Source: an uncultured virus (IMG/VR IMGVR_UViG_3300008261_000014)
Lineage: Duplodnaviria; Heunggongvirae; Uroviricota; Caudoviricetes
DNA: 64,000 nucleotides
Strand: one strand, 5' to 3'
IMG/VR virus record: IMGVR_UViG_3300008261_000014
Coordinates: 1 to 64,000 of that record
Of the stretch, positions 1 to 9,219 are shown piece by piece; position 1 is the stretch's first letter, and every line of letters begins with the position of its first letter. The position numbers and the translations under genes were made by a program. The notes beneath the pieces were generated by a model. The model was not told the origin of the DNA, did not search any database, and was given only the letters and a program-made list of their open reading frames with translations.

Positions 1-9
1 GCATTAAGA

Positions 10-564
10 ATGATTGGTGATTCTTTTGCAGAATATGCAGATGCCCAAGCAATGATTAATCCAGACTCTTTACATCACGTTTACGAATGGGATGAAACTG
101 GAAGTTCAAGTGCAAGACTGTTTAGACCAGTAGTATCAAAAGGAGTCTTGTCTTTTTCTTTCTTGCCTTCAATGAAACCATCAAGAGGATCTTCTCAAAT
201 ATTTACTAACAAAGCAGCAGTTATGGAATTGGGAAGACCAATTACAATATCTCCAAAGAATGGATCAGTTTTAGTTTTTGAAGTTGACGGAGAAACTGTG
301 TTTACTCCTTATCCAGTAGTAGTTCAAAACCCTGGTGGAGATTCAGTTCAAGGATCTTTTGAAAAGATTTACAAGGGATGGGTTAGATCTAATCTACCAA
401 TCCTATCTTTGATTGAAGGTGGATTCTTTAAATCTATCTCTAGAGCACAGATGAGAGCAGTAACTGCAATCATTACTCCAGCAGCAAAGATGTCAAAGAA
501 CACAAGACAAGCAACTAGCATTGGTAGAAAAGCAGCAATTGCAATTGAAAGGTCGGTAGAGTAA
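10..564 (+). CDS. Putative neck/tail-completion virion protein (probably truncated at window start)
   Basis: Long ORF directly upstream of tail terminator and tail tube genes; the frame is open back to position 1. Confidence 0.5.
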   Translation: MIGDSFAEYADAQAMINPDSLHHVYEWDETGSSSARLFRPVVSKGVLSFSFLPSMKPSRGSSQIFTNKAAVMELGRPITISPKNGSVLVFEVDGETVFTPYPVVVQNPGGDSVQGSFEKIYKGWVRSNLPILSLIEGGFFKSISRAQMRAVTAIITPAAKMSKNTRQATSIGRKAAIAIERSVE

Positions 565-656
565 TGAATAGAGATTATAGATATAGTGCAGGAAGTGCTA
601 TCGCTGATTTCTTATGGGAATTAGCAAATGGAAGATTAGGACCTAATGTTGAATAG
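564..656 (+). CDS. N-terminal fragment of putative tail terminator (30 aa, MNRDYRYSAGSAIADFLWELANG...)
   Basis: ATG overlaps the upstream stop (TAATG), typical translational coupling; ends at TAG 654-656; not in the ORF track. Confidence 0.5.
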   Translation: MNRDYRYSAGSAIADFLWELANGRLGPNVE

Positions 657-972
657 ATTTGATGACTCAGCAACCCTAGTCAATAAGTATACTTCAGCAA
701 GTAGACCAGATATTACCTTTAGATCAATAAGAGCAGATCAAACTAACATATCAGAAGATAACTTGGCAGACTATGCATTTGATGGAACTGCAGCAGATAC
801 AAGTTTTTCACAGTTAAACTTGACTATCACCTGCGACTATGTAGTTAATAACGACTACCTAAGAGAGCCTTATCCTGCAGCAGCATTTGCTAAGGTACCA
901 GAGCAAAGAAGCGTAGAAGAGCAAGCAACGGTTGATCGTTGGAACAGAAGCAACGGCTCTAGCCTATTATGA
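646..972 (+). CDS. C-terminal part of putative tail terminator (+1 frame relative to 564-656)
   Basis: Position just before tail tube; LNRFDDSATLVNKY...ITFRSI...LTITCDY resembles the C-terminal half of tail terminators (from memory). Confidence 0.5.
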   Translation: MLNRFDDSATLVNKYTSASRPDITFRSIRADQTNISEDNLADYAFDGTAADTSFSQLNLTITCDYVVNNDYLREPYPAAAFAKVPEQRSVEEQATVDRWNRSNGSSLL

Positions 973-1060
973 AGATTACCGTGCTAAAATTATCATTGAG
1001 GAAGCAGTAAAAGACCACCCCGTCTAAAAAGTCAAAAATAACAGGAGGTGAAAAGAAAAT

Positions 1061-1735
1061 ATGGCAACAGGTAATGCAAAAAATATTATCGTAGGAGCAG
1101 CAGAATTTTGGGTCTCAGAGAATGAGAACTCAGTAGTTGAGTACGAGTCAGTGTTTACATCTGACACAGCACCATCACAATCAGCAGCAACTAAGATTAA
1201 CGCTTACACCAACTCAAACGGAGCATTCCGTAACGTTGGTTTTACACAAGAAGGTATTGAATTGTCATTCGAACCAGACTACGGCGAAATCGAAGTTGAT
1301 CAACTTCTCGAAGTTGCAAAGATCTTCAAGCAGTCTATGAGAGTGACCCTTGCTACATCGCTAGCAGAGGCTACACTAGAGAACTTGCTTCTAGCAACAT
1401 CAGGTGCAGACTCAGATCTAGGTTCAGCAATTAACTCTACTACTAAATCACGTAAGTTGGACGTTAACGCAGGTGCCCTTGGATATGCTCCGATTGAGCG
1501 TACCATCGTCGCAGTCGGTCCAGCACCAGATTCAGTGGCAGCAGCAACAACAAATGGAAAAGCAGAAAGAATTTATTGGGGATATCGTGCAGTCTCTATG
1601 GAAACTACAACAGTAGGAGTACGTAGAAACGAAGCAACAGTCTTCCCAGTCTCATTCAGACTACTAACACATAACTCAACAGATACAAGTTCTAAGGACT
1701 TGTTCGGTAAGGTCGTAGACAGAGTTTACGCCTGA
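1061..1735 (+). CDS. Major tail (tube) protein
   Basis: NIIVGAA...VGFTQEGIELSFEPDYGEIEVDQ...LAEATLENL...FPVSFRLL pattern of actinophage tail tubes; strong AGGAGGTG RBS; upstream of chaperones and tape measure. Confidence 0.85.
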   Translation: MATGNAKNIIVGAAEFWVSENENSVVEYESVFTSDTAPSQSAATKINAYTNSNGAFRNVGFTQEGIELSFEPDYGEIEVDQLLEVAKIFKQSMRVTLATSLAEATLENLLLATSGADSDLGSAINSTTKSRKLDVNAGALGYAPIERTIVAVGPAPDSVAAATTNGKAERIYWGYRAVSMETTTVGVRRNEATVFPVSFRLLTHNSTDTSSKDLFGKVVDRVYA

Positions 1736-1756
1736 TTTACAACTTAATATAAGTTT

Positions 1757-1795
1757 GGAGAGGGGCACGGTAACAACCGTGCCCCCTTCCTTATT
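1757..1795 (+). terminator. Stem-loop terminator after tail tube gene
   Basis: GGGGCACGGT-AACA-ACCGTGCCCC inverted repeat followed by TTCCTTATT. Confidence 0.7.
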
Positions 1796-1842
1796 GAAGA
1801 TAGAACACCTAGTATAATAAGAATAACCGTTTAGGAGGAAAT

Positions 1843-2178
1843 ATGGCAACACAGGTTTACGAAACAGTTGAGATTGAACTGCAAGATGGTAGCACTGTTA
1901 CTATCAAACCGATCAATATCAAAAACTTACGTCGCTTAATGGCGACATGGAACAAAACTGCAGAAGCAAAATCAGAGGATGAATTCCTTGATATTCTTCT
2001 GGAGTGCACGAACATTGCATTTAGTCAATTCAATCCAGATGTAACAAAAGAACAACTGGAAGAATTACTTGATCTGCAGACTATGTACAAAATCTTGGAG
2101 GTGGCTGCTGATATCAAGTTGAACGACCCAAATCTACTGAGGGAGGCTCAGGAAGCGGTTGGGAGGAACTTGACTTAG
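1843..2178 (+). CDS. Tail assembly chaperone (gpG-like)
   Basis: Between tail tube and tape measure; AGGAGG RBS; slippery heptamer near the 3' end. Confidence 0.8.
   Translation: MATQVYETVEIELQDGSTVTIKPINIKNLRRLMATWNKTAEAKSEDEFLDILLECTNIAFSQFNPDVTKEQLEELLDLQTMYKILEVAADIKLNDPNLLREAQEAVGRNLT
2127..2133 (+). other. -1 ribosomal frameshift heptamer C-CCA-AAT
   Basis: X XXY YYZ in register with ORF 1843; the -1 frame is open from 2112 to 2507. Confidence 0.7.
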
Positions 2179-2507
2179 CCCCCCTCGTATCAGAGGTTTT
2201 TCTTCTTGGAAACTGGAAAGATTACGAACAACTAGAGTCTAGTCTTTCAATCAAAGAACTTATGGCAACAATAACCGCAATGCATGAGAGAGAAGGTAGA
2301 CATAATAAGTTCCTCGCTGCACTTCAAGGTGTAAATCTTGAAGGAGATGATCAGGCAACTGACTCAGAGGAACCAACAAGTCTACAAGAAATTTATGCCA
2401 GAGTTAACGCAAAGTTATCTGGCGATCAGTCGATCCTTGATGCTGCTAACGCAGGTATCACGGAAGACATGGGATTGGGGTATCAGGTGGTAGGCAATGG
2501 CAGATAA
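2130..2507 (+). CDS. Tail assembly chaperone extension (gpT-like, -1 frame)
   Basis: -1 frame reads KSTEGGSGSGWEELDLAPLVSEVFLLGNWKDYEQLESSL... and continues into track ORF 2262-2507. Confidence 0.75.
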   Translation, partial: KSTEGGSGSGWEELDLAPLVSEVFLLGNWKDYEQLESSLSIKELMATITAMHEREGRHNKFLAALQGVNLEGDDQATDSEEPTSLQEIYARVNAKLSGDQSILDAANAGITEDMGLGYQVVGNGR

Positions 2508-5500
2508 CAATATTAACACTACGTTTCAGTATGATGCTAATTTTGCTCCATTGCTTGCCCAACTCAAATCTCTTATTGGTCAAGTTAATGCTCTTAATGC
2601 ACAGTTTAACTCCCTTGATGCCAATTCAGTAAGAACACAAAAAGCACTTGCTCAAACCTTTTTAGGTCAAGTAGGTGCTGTCGGTGGATTTAAGTCATCA
2701 GTTGTAGACTTAACAACACAAACTGACAAATTTGGTCAGGCTCTCACCAGAAATAAACTCACAATGCGTGAGTATTTCCAAGAGTCAAGAAATGCTTTTA
2801 AGCAAAATAGTAATGCAATGCGTCTTGCTCAACAGCAAGTACGTGTATTACAGTCTCAGATGGTGCAGATAGGTAAAGGACAAGCAGCAGTCTTTACCCC
2901 TGCAGCACTGAATTTAAAAGACTATAACACTCAACTTCAGATGTCGGCCCAGAGATGGTCTATCTTTAATAAGTTAGTAAGTGATGGAGCAACCTCCTTA
3001 ATTAACTTTGGTAAGAACACTCAGTGGGCTGGACGTCAGTTGATGGTTGGATTAACACTACCACTTACAGTTTTTGGGGCAGCAGTATCTAAAACATTTA
3101 GAGAAGTAGATGCCGAACTAACAAGATTTGCTAAGGTCTATGGATCCGATCTTGTTGATGCAAATGGAAATGCAACAGAACAAATGAAAGGCCAAATTTT
3201 AGATTTGGCAAAAACCTACGCTTCTACATATGGTGTCGCTGCAAAAGAAACAGCAGCCTTAGCAGCAGACATAGCAGCAACAGGTCTTGAAGGGGCAGAG
3301 TTGGTGGGGGCTGTAGCACAAACTACACGCCTTGCAGTTCTTGGTGAAGTTGACAGACAAGATGCTATGAAAACTACTCTTGCATTGCAATCATCTTTTA
3401 AGCAAAACACAGAAGAACTCGCTGAGTCAATTAACTTCCTAAACGCAGTTGAAAACCAGACATCAACCACCCTTCAAGATTTTACAGAAGCAATTCCTAA
3501 AGCAGGTCCAGTTGTTCGTGGACTTGGTGGTGATATCAAAGACTTAGCCTTAATGCTTACAGCAATGCGTGAAGGTGGTATTCCAGCAGCAGAAGCAGCA
3601 AACGCAATTAAGTCTGGTATGGCTTCTTTGATCAACCCAACAAGACAAGCAAGAGAACAACTTATGGGTTTTGGTATTGACATTGATGGAATTGTTAAAG
3701 CAAACCGTGGTGAACTTATTCCTACAGTTATGTCCTTTAAGCAAGCACTTGATAGTGTAGATGAATTTACAAGATCTCAAGCAATTGAAACAGTATTTGG
3801 TAAGTACCAGTTTGCTAGAATGGGTGCTTTGTTTGATAACATTGGAGAGTCTGGATCTCAAACTCAAAAAGTTATGGAACTTATGGGTGCATCAACAAAG
3901 GAACTTGGACAAATTGCAGATGGTGAAATCAAGACCTTAACAGAATCCACCTCTATGAGATTCCAAAGAGCAATGGAAGGAATCAAGGCAGCCCTTATTC
4001 CTGTCGGTGAGGCAATTACAAGTACCGTAATCCCATTCATGACTCAGTTCTCAGATATTATTAATAACATTGTAGAAGGATTTAATAATCTACCAGGTCC
4101 AGTTCAAAAGTTCTTAAAACTATTTACAGGATTTACAGTTATTGCAGGTCCTATTATTATGCTTGTTGGTCTTCTAAGCAACTTTGTAGGATACATGGTC
4201 AAGGGGGCCATGGGCTTTACAAACCTTGGCAGAAGAATGCTTGGCTTACCAGTACAAAAATTTGAATTATTAACAGCAGACCTAATGGCTGCAAACGTTG
4301 CAACAGACACTTTGACTGTATCTTATACAGAGCAAGCGGTTGCCCTATCTAGACTTAATGCTGAGTTAGCACGTTATGGTGCAAGCCTAAGAGCAACAGC
4401 AATGGTAAATCCAGGAATGCTTATTGGAAGAGGAAAGAATCCTAAGAAACTTGCTAGTGGTGGAATTGTTAGAGGACCAGGAACAGGAACATCAGATTCT
4501 ATTCCAGCAATGTTGTCTAACGGAGAATCTGTTATTCCAGCAAAGCAAACAAAGAAGTATGGTGGACTAATTAATGGAATTATTGATGGAAACATCCCAG
4601 GCTTTGCTAAAGGACTAAGACCACCAAAGACTGCACCAGTTGTTGACTTTGAAGGTAAGTCTTACCCTACAAAAACTATTCAAAGTGCTCAGGCAGTACA
4701 AGATATTCTTGACGCTATGGAGTTTAATGCAGAAACGGGAATGTATACATATATAACTCCAAGCGGAAAAAGATCTTCTAGAACAAGAGAACAGGTTCTT
4801 GGAATTCTTGATAGAAGAGCAGCAAAGGGTAACATAACTGAAAGTGGAATTCTCAAGGGATTAGATCGTGAGCGTGGTGGTAGAGGTTCAGGAAAGAGTT
4901 CTGATCCATATAAGCCAGCACGATACAAAGAAGAAGCAGCAAAAATATTTGAAACAGAATTTGATTATGTCAAAAAGAAAACTGGAATTGAGAACAACTC
5001 AGCATATCAGATTCACTCATCTCACATTAATCCAGATATAGATCCAGCAACTGGAATGAAGCGTTGGGACGATCAGGCAAACATTGCCCCAGACGCTGGA
5101 TACATGAATCTTTTTATGGAAGCAAACAAAAAAACTTTTGCAGAATTGTTAAAAAAGAGTGATGCAGAACTTAAAGCATTAGGAATTGATAGATCGGAAT
5201 TAAAGAAACTTGCTAGTGGAATTCACCCAACAACATTAAAAGGTGCAAGAACAATGGCAGCAATTGGAAGATTTACTGGAACTCCTCTTGGAAAGATGGT
5301 AAGTACCGCAGTTAAATACAGAGAGTCAACTGGATTCTATAAAGGTGGAATGAAAACCAAGGCTGATCTTTTAACAAGATTAGGCCTAGCAATGTCGTCA
5401 AAGAAACGTGGTGCTGCTGGTAGAACTGCTGGAAGATTAAAGAAAGACACTATGGTTCCAATGCCAGCAGGAGTCACACCAGTAGGAGTTCATGAAGGAG

Positions 5501-7938
5501 AAATGATTATTCCTGCAGCCCTTGCTGAAGAGGGTGCAGAAATTAAAGATGGCAAGGTAAGCAAACTTAAGAGGATGGCTGGATCTCAGGCTGTAACCAA
5601 GGCAGGGTCTATGGGCATGAATGCAGCCTTTATGCTTCCAGCACTTGGAATTATTGATGAGCGTCTTGCTAATACTGCAAACAAATTAAGTCTTTTTGCT
5701 CTTGGCCTATCTGCTGCATCTATGTCATTAAAAGCAGTTGCAGGGCTTGGTGGAAAAGCAGGAATGCTAGCAAACGTAGGTCAAAAGGTAGGCTTACAAG
5801 GTGCATTGTTAAAGGGTGGAGGAAAGACTGCAGTAGGTAGAGGAATGGGTCAAGCAATGCTAATGGGTGGAAGAATGCTCACTGCTTTGTCTGGACCAAT
5901 TGGACTTGCCGTTGCTGCAATTGGTGTATCACTAGCCCTTCTTGTTAAGAACATTAAAGATACTAACAAAGAAATGACAGCAGCATTTGCTACTGGAACA
6001 GAGTCTGCTAAAGTATTTGGAATTCAATTAAACTCACTTCGTGAAGCGTGGGACTCATTCGGTAATGAAGTTGAAGATACTACAGCATTAGATCAAGCAG
6101 CAAAGTCTGACTTTGGTACTCTTATCGGCAAGTTAAAAGATATGACTTCTAAGACAGAAATTCAAAGCGAGTTTAAAACATTCTACGCAAGCCTTATCTC
6201 ACAAGGATTTACAGCAGAGCAAGCACAAAACCTTGTTTCATCTGTAGCAAGACAAGCAGAAAAAGAACCAATTCTTTTATCTGTAACTGCAGAATTAAAA
6301 GCAATTAAAACACCAGGAGATGTTGTAAAGCAACTTCAGGCTGGTGTGATGGCTTCACTAGATGACAGCAAGGGATTCTTTGGTGCATTTGATAGCCTCT
6401 TCTCACAAGATCAAGGCAAGGCTCTTGGCGTAGGGGTTGAGGCGTTAATGAAGGCATACGACTCTGCACCAATCGAAACAATGAAAGCCTTTAGTGACAT
6501 CATTGCAAAGGTTAAAGCAGATGGTACAGGATTCTTTGCCTCTTCAGTTGCAGACGGCATAGATGACTATGCAGATAGTATTAAAGAAACAAATCCAGTT
6601 CTTGCTGAGGCCATCCTTAAGGCTGATGGATTTGAAAATAAACTAAAGATGATTATAGCAACACAGGCTGGCATGGATCTAAGTAATGTTACAGACCAGT
6701 TATTAGACTTTGCTATTAAGGCAGACGCAGCCTCAAATGCTGCAACAGCAATGCAAACTGCGTTAAGAGCAGATTTAGATGAGGCTAAAAAGGCTTTAGA
6801 AGATAACCATAGATCTTATATCACTGCAAAGGAAGATGAAATCATTGCAGATGAAAAGGCAATGAAGAAACGACAAGAAGCGACAAAGAAGCAACTTGAG
6901 GGAATTCAAAATGAAATTGATAAACGTGAAAAGACAATTGATGCTGCTCAAGAAAAAATTGATGCAATTGAAAAAGAAAGAGATGTTGTTAATGAATTTT
7001 ATGATGGACAACTAGATGCTCTAGATGCCATTAATAAGAAAGAAGAATATAACGCTCAACAAAGACAGACTATGTACGATGCTCTTGGTGCATTGTCTCG
7101 TGGTGACATTCAAGGATTTATGGCTGCTAGAGAAACAATGGCAGGAAACGCTGGTGCTAATGTAAGAGAGCAAGCGAAGGATATGCTTACAACTAGACAA
7201 GAGAATGCAAACAAGGTTCTTAATGCTAGAAGAGATGAGCAGGAAGCCATTATTGATCAAGAACAAAAAATGATCAAACTCCGTCGTGAGCAGATGGAGA
7301 CAATTCAAAAGGCTACAGAAAAGTTTATAGAAGGAAAGCAAAAGGAAATTGAAAAGACTCAAGAACTTATGCGTATGGAGCAGAGAAGATATTCTGCTGC
7401 CAACAGTGCTATTGATGATTTATACGCTAAGAATCCTTCAGAGTGGACTCAGCAAAACTTAAATGCAGTTAACGCTGCTGTTCAAAAGCACACTTCTCAA
7501 GTTGCAAAGACTGTAGGAGCCAGCCTTAAGAATGCATCTGCAACAATTCCAAAGGCATTTACAAGTTACTATGAAAATGCTGCAAAGGCTGCAGGTTTAT
7601 CTTCATCAGAACTAAAGAATTTCCTTGATCTTAAGAAGGCACTTGGTCAGAAAAATGTAAAGATTGAAAAGGGCGATGCTCTTTATAAACTTCTTAACAA
7701 TATGGGTCTAGGCAACCTTGCAAATACAGCAGGCCTTGCTGATCTAAAGAAGTTAACTGGAACTATGCATACTGGTGGATATGTTGGTGGAAATGATCCA
7801 GAGCCATTAAAGACATTAGAGCGTGGAGAGTTTGTTCTTAATAAAGATGCAGTAAACAGAATTGGTAGAGGACGACTAGAGGCAATGAACTCTGGTACTG
7901 GTGGAGAACTAGGATATGTTAAGAATGAAGGCTCTTAA
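2497..7938 (+). CDS. Tape measure protein
   Basis: 1813 aa, Ala/Gly-rich helical; TP901-like TMP core (AGRQLMVGLTLP...LAVLGEVDRQ...), GPGTGTSDSIPAMLSNGE motif, C-terminal coiled coil; follows chaperones. Confidence 0.92.
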   Translation: MADNNINTTFQYDANFAPLLAQLKSLIGQVNALNAQFNSLDANSVRTQKALAQTFLGQVGAVGGFKSSVVDLTTQTDKFGQALTRNKLTMREYFQESRNAFKQNSNAMRLAQQQVRVLQSQMVQIGKGQAAVFTPAALNLKDYNTQLQMSAQRWSIFNKLVSDGATSLINFGKNTQWAGRQLMVGLTLPLTVFGAAVSKTFREVDAELTRFAKVYGSDLVDANGNATEQMKGQILDLAKTYASTYGVAAKETAALAADIAATGLEGAELVGAVAQTTRLAVLGEVDRQDAMKTTLALQSSFKQNTEELAESINFLNAVENQTSTTLQDFTEAIPKAGPVVRGLGGDIKDLALMLTAMREGGIPAAEAANAIKSGMASLINPTRQAREQLMGFGIDIDGIVKANRGELIPTVMSFKQALDSVDEFTRSQAIETVFGKYQFARMGALFDNIGESGSQTQKVMELMGASTKELGQIADGEIKTLTESTSMRFQRAMEGIKAALIPVGEAITSTVIPFMTQFSDIINNIVEGFNNLPGPVQKFLKLFTGFTVIAGPIIMLVGLLSNFVGYMVKGAMGFTNLGRRMLGLPVQKFELLTADLMAANVATDTLTVSYTEQAVALSRLNAELARYGASLRATAMVNPGMLIGRGKNPKKLASGGIVRGPGTGTSDSIPAMLSNGESVIPAKQTKKYGGLINGIIDGNIPGFAKGLRPPKTAPVVDFEGKSYPTKTIQSAQAVQDILDAMEFNAETGMYTYITPSGKRSSRTREQVLGILDRRAAKGNITESGILKGLDRERGGRGSGKSSDPYKPARYKEEAAKIFETEFDYVKKKTGIENNSAYQIHSSHINPDIDPATGMKRWDDQANIAPDAGYMNLFMEANKKTFAELLKKSDAELKALGIDRSELKKLASGIHPTTLKGARTMAAIGRFTGTPLGKMVSTAVKYRESTGFYKGGMKTKADLLTRLGLAMSSKKRGAAGRTAGRLKKDTMVPMPAGVTPVGVHEGEMIIPAALAEEGAEIKDGKVSKLKRMAGSQAVTKAGSMGMNAAFMLPALGIIDERLANTANKLSLFALGLSAASMSLKAVAGLGGKAGMLANVGQKVGLQGALLKGGGKTAVGRGMGQAMLMGGRMLTALSGPIGLAVAAIGVSLALLVKNIKDTNKEMTAAFATGTESAKVFGIQLNSLREAWDSFGNEVEDTTALDQAAKSDFGTLIGKLKDMTSKTEIQSEFKTFYASLISQGFTAEQAQNLVSSVARQAEKEPILLSVTAELKAIKTPGDVVKQLQAGVMASLDDSKGFFGAFDSLFSQDQGKALGVGVEALMKAYDSAPIETMKAFSDIIAKVKADGTGFFASSVADGIDDYADSIKETNPVLAEAILKADGFENKLKMIIATQAGMDLSNVTDQLLDFAIKADAASNAATAMQTALRADLDEAKKALEDNHRSYITAKEDEIIADEKAMKKRQEATKKQLEGIQNEIDKREKTIDAAQEKIDAIEKERDVVNEFYDGQLDALDAINKKEEYNAQQRQTMYDALGALSRGDIQGFMAARETMAGNAGANVREQAKDMLTTRQENANKVLNARRDEQEAIIDQEQKMIKLRREQMETIQKATEKFIEGKQKEIEKTQELMRMEQRRYSAANSAIDDLYAKNPSEWTQQNLNAVNAAVQKHTSQVAKTVGASLKNASATIPKAFTSYYENAAKAAGLSSSELKNFLDLKKALGQKNVKIEKGDALYKLLNNMGLGNLANTAGLADLKKLTGTMHTGGYVGGNDPEPLKTLERGEFVLNKDAVNRIGRGRLEAMNSGTGGELGYVKNEGS

Positions 7939-8650
7939 TATTGCTGCAGGAGAGAATGTTAGTTATGGATCTCCAAGTTCAAGTGGATTTATTAAACCAC
8001 CAGGAGCAATGACAAGTCCATACGGCATGAGAATTCATCCAGTAACAAGAGAAAATAAGATGCACAATGGAATAGACTTTGGAATGCAACCTGGAGATGC
8101 AGTTCCATCAATTGGACCAGGTAAAGTAATTTCAAGTAGTGTTGGACCAGACGTTGGAGGTAAAGTTCTTGTAAGACATCCTAACGGCTTTGATAGTGAA
8201 TACTACCATATGTCTCCAAATGGATTAGCATCAGGAAATGTAAACGCAGGAAGCACATTAGGACGTGTTGGAAATGCTTCTGAAATGGGAAGACTTTCAA
8301 CTGGACCACACCTTCACCTTGGAATGATGAAGGATGGAAACTATGTAGATCCTAAAAACTATTTACCATTGCGTCAAGGTGGTATTGTTAAGAATGATGG
8401 AACTCCAGCAATGCTACACAGAGGAGAAATGGTATTGCCTGCTCCAACAACTAGAGAATTAATGGGTCCACAATACTCAGTCCCACAACCATCTGGCGAC
8501 CAAGGAATGGTTTCAGTTACAACTGTTGGTGGAGATAAAACAACAATTAATGTTACAATTAACAGCAATCAAAATCCAAATGCTATTGCAAGTCAAGTTA
8601 TTGCTAGAATTAATGATACAATTAAATCTAGAAGAGTAGGTAGGTCATAA
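7916..8650 (+). CDS. M23 peptidase domain plus tape-measure-like C-terminus (+1 frame from TMP)
   Basis: HNGIDFG...YYHM...STGPHLH M23 motifs, then GGIV...AMLHRGEMVLP and INVTIN...IASQV typical of TMP ends. Confidence 0.85.
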   Translation: MLRMKALNIAAGENVSYGSPSSSGFIKPPGAMTSPYGMRIHPVTRENKMHNGIDFGMQPGDAVPSIGPGKVISSSVGPDVGGKVLVRHPNGFDSEYYHMSPNGLASGNVNAGSTLGRVGNASEMGRLSTGPHLHLGMMKDGNYVDPKNYLPLRQGGIVKNDGTPAMLHRGEMVLPAPTTRELMGPQYSVPQPSGDQGMVSVTTVGGDKTTINVTINSNQNPNAIASQVIARINDTIKSRRVGRS

Positions 8651-9219
8651 TGGCAACATTTGGTGATAAGAAATGGGCACGTCCCTCGATCATGGCATTC
8701 TCAACAGCACAGCCAACGCTAAACATTACTACTAACCTGCTAGAGGGTGATTTTTACTACCTAACTGACGATAACCGAAAGCCCCTAGACATTTCTTTTG
8801 ATAGAATCGAAAACCGTAAAAGAATGATTAACGGTAAGATGCGATCTTATTTTATTGCAGATAAAAGAAAATTTAATATTTCATGGGACCTAATCCCATC
8901 AAGATCTATCAACCCACTAAATCAAGATCTTTCATTTATTTCTGAAAGATATTTTGACAACGCAGATGTTCAGCAAAACACAAGATACTTAGCAGGCGAT
9001 GACATGCTTTCTTGGTATGAGAACAGTAAGGGGCAGTTCTACATGACTCTTGTTTATGATAAGGTCCATTCAATGGGATCAGACAATACAAGATTTGATA
9101 AGTTAACTAAACCTTCAGAAGTTGTCCCAGTTTTCTTTGACGACTTTTCTTATACTGTAGTAAAAAGAGGTAAATATAATGACCTCTGGAATGTCACTAT
9201 GAGCCTTACGGAGGCGTAA
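8650..9219 (+). CDS. Minor tail protein (distal-tail-like)
   Basis: First gene after TMP; RIENRKRMINGKMRSYFIADK...WNVTMSLTE. Confidence 0.6.
   Translation: MATFGDKKWARPSIMAFSTAQPTLNITTNLLEGDFYYLTDDNRKPLDISFDRIENRKRMINGKMRSYFIADKRKFNISWDLIPSRSINPLNQDLSFISERYFDNADVQQNTRYLAGDDMLSWYENSKGQFYMTLVYDKVHSMGSDNTRFDKLTKPSEVVPVFFDDFSYTVVKRGKYNDLWNVTMSLTEA

Noticed and set aside
654..7938. Stop-codon reassignment explaining the broken tail genes
   Set aside because: The continuations are in a different frame, further stops follow in frame at the first break, and TAA, TAG and TGA all end normal genes here
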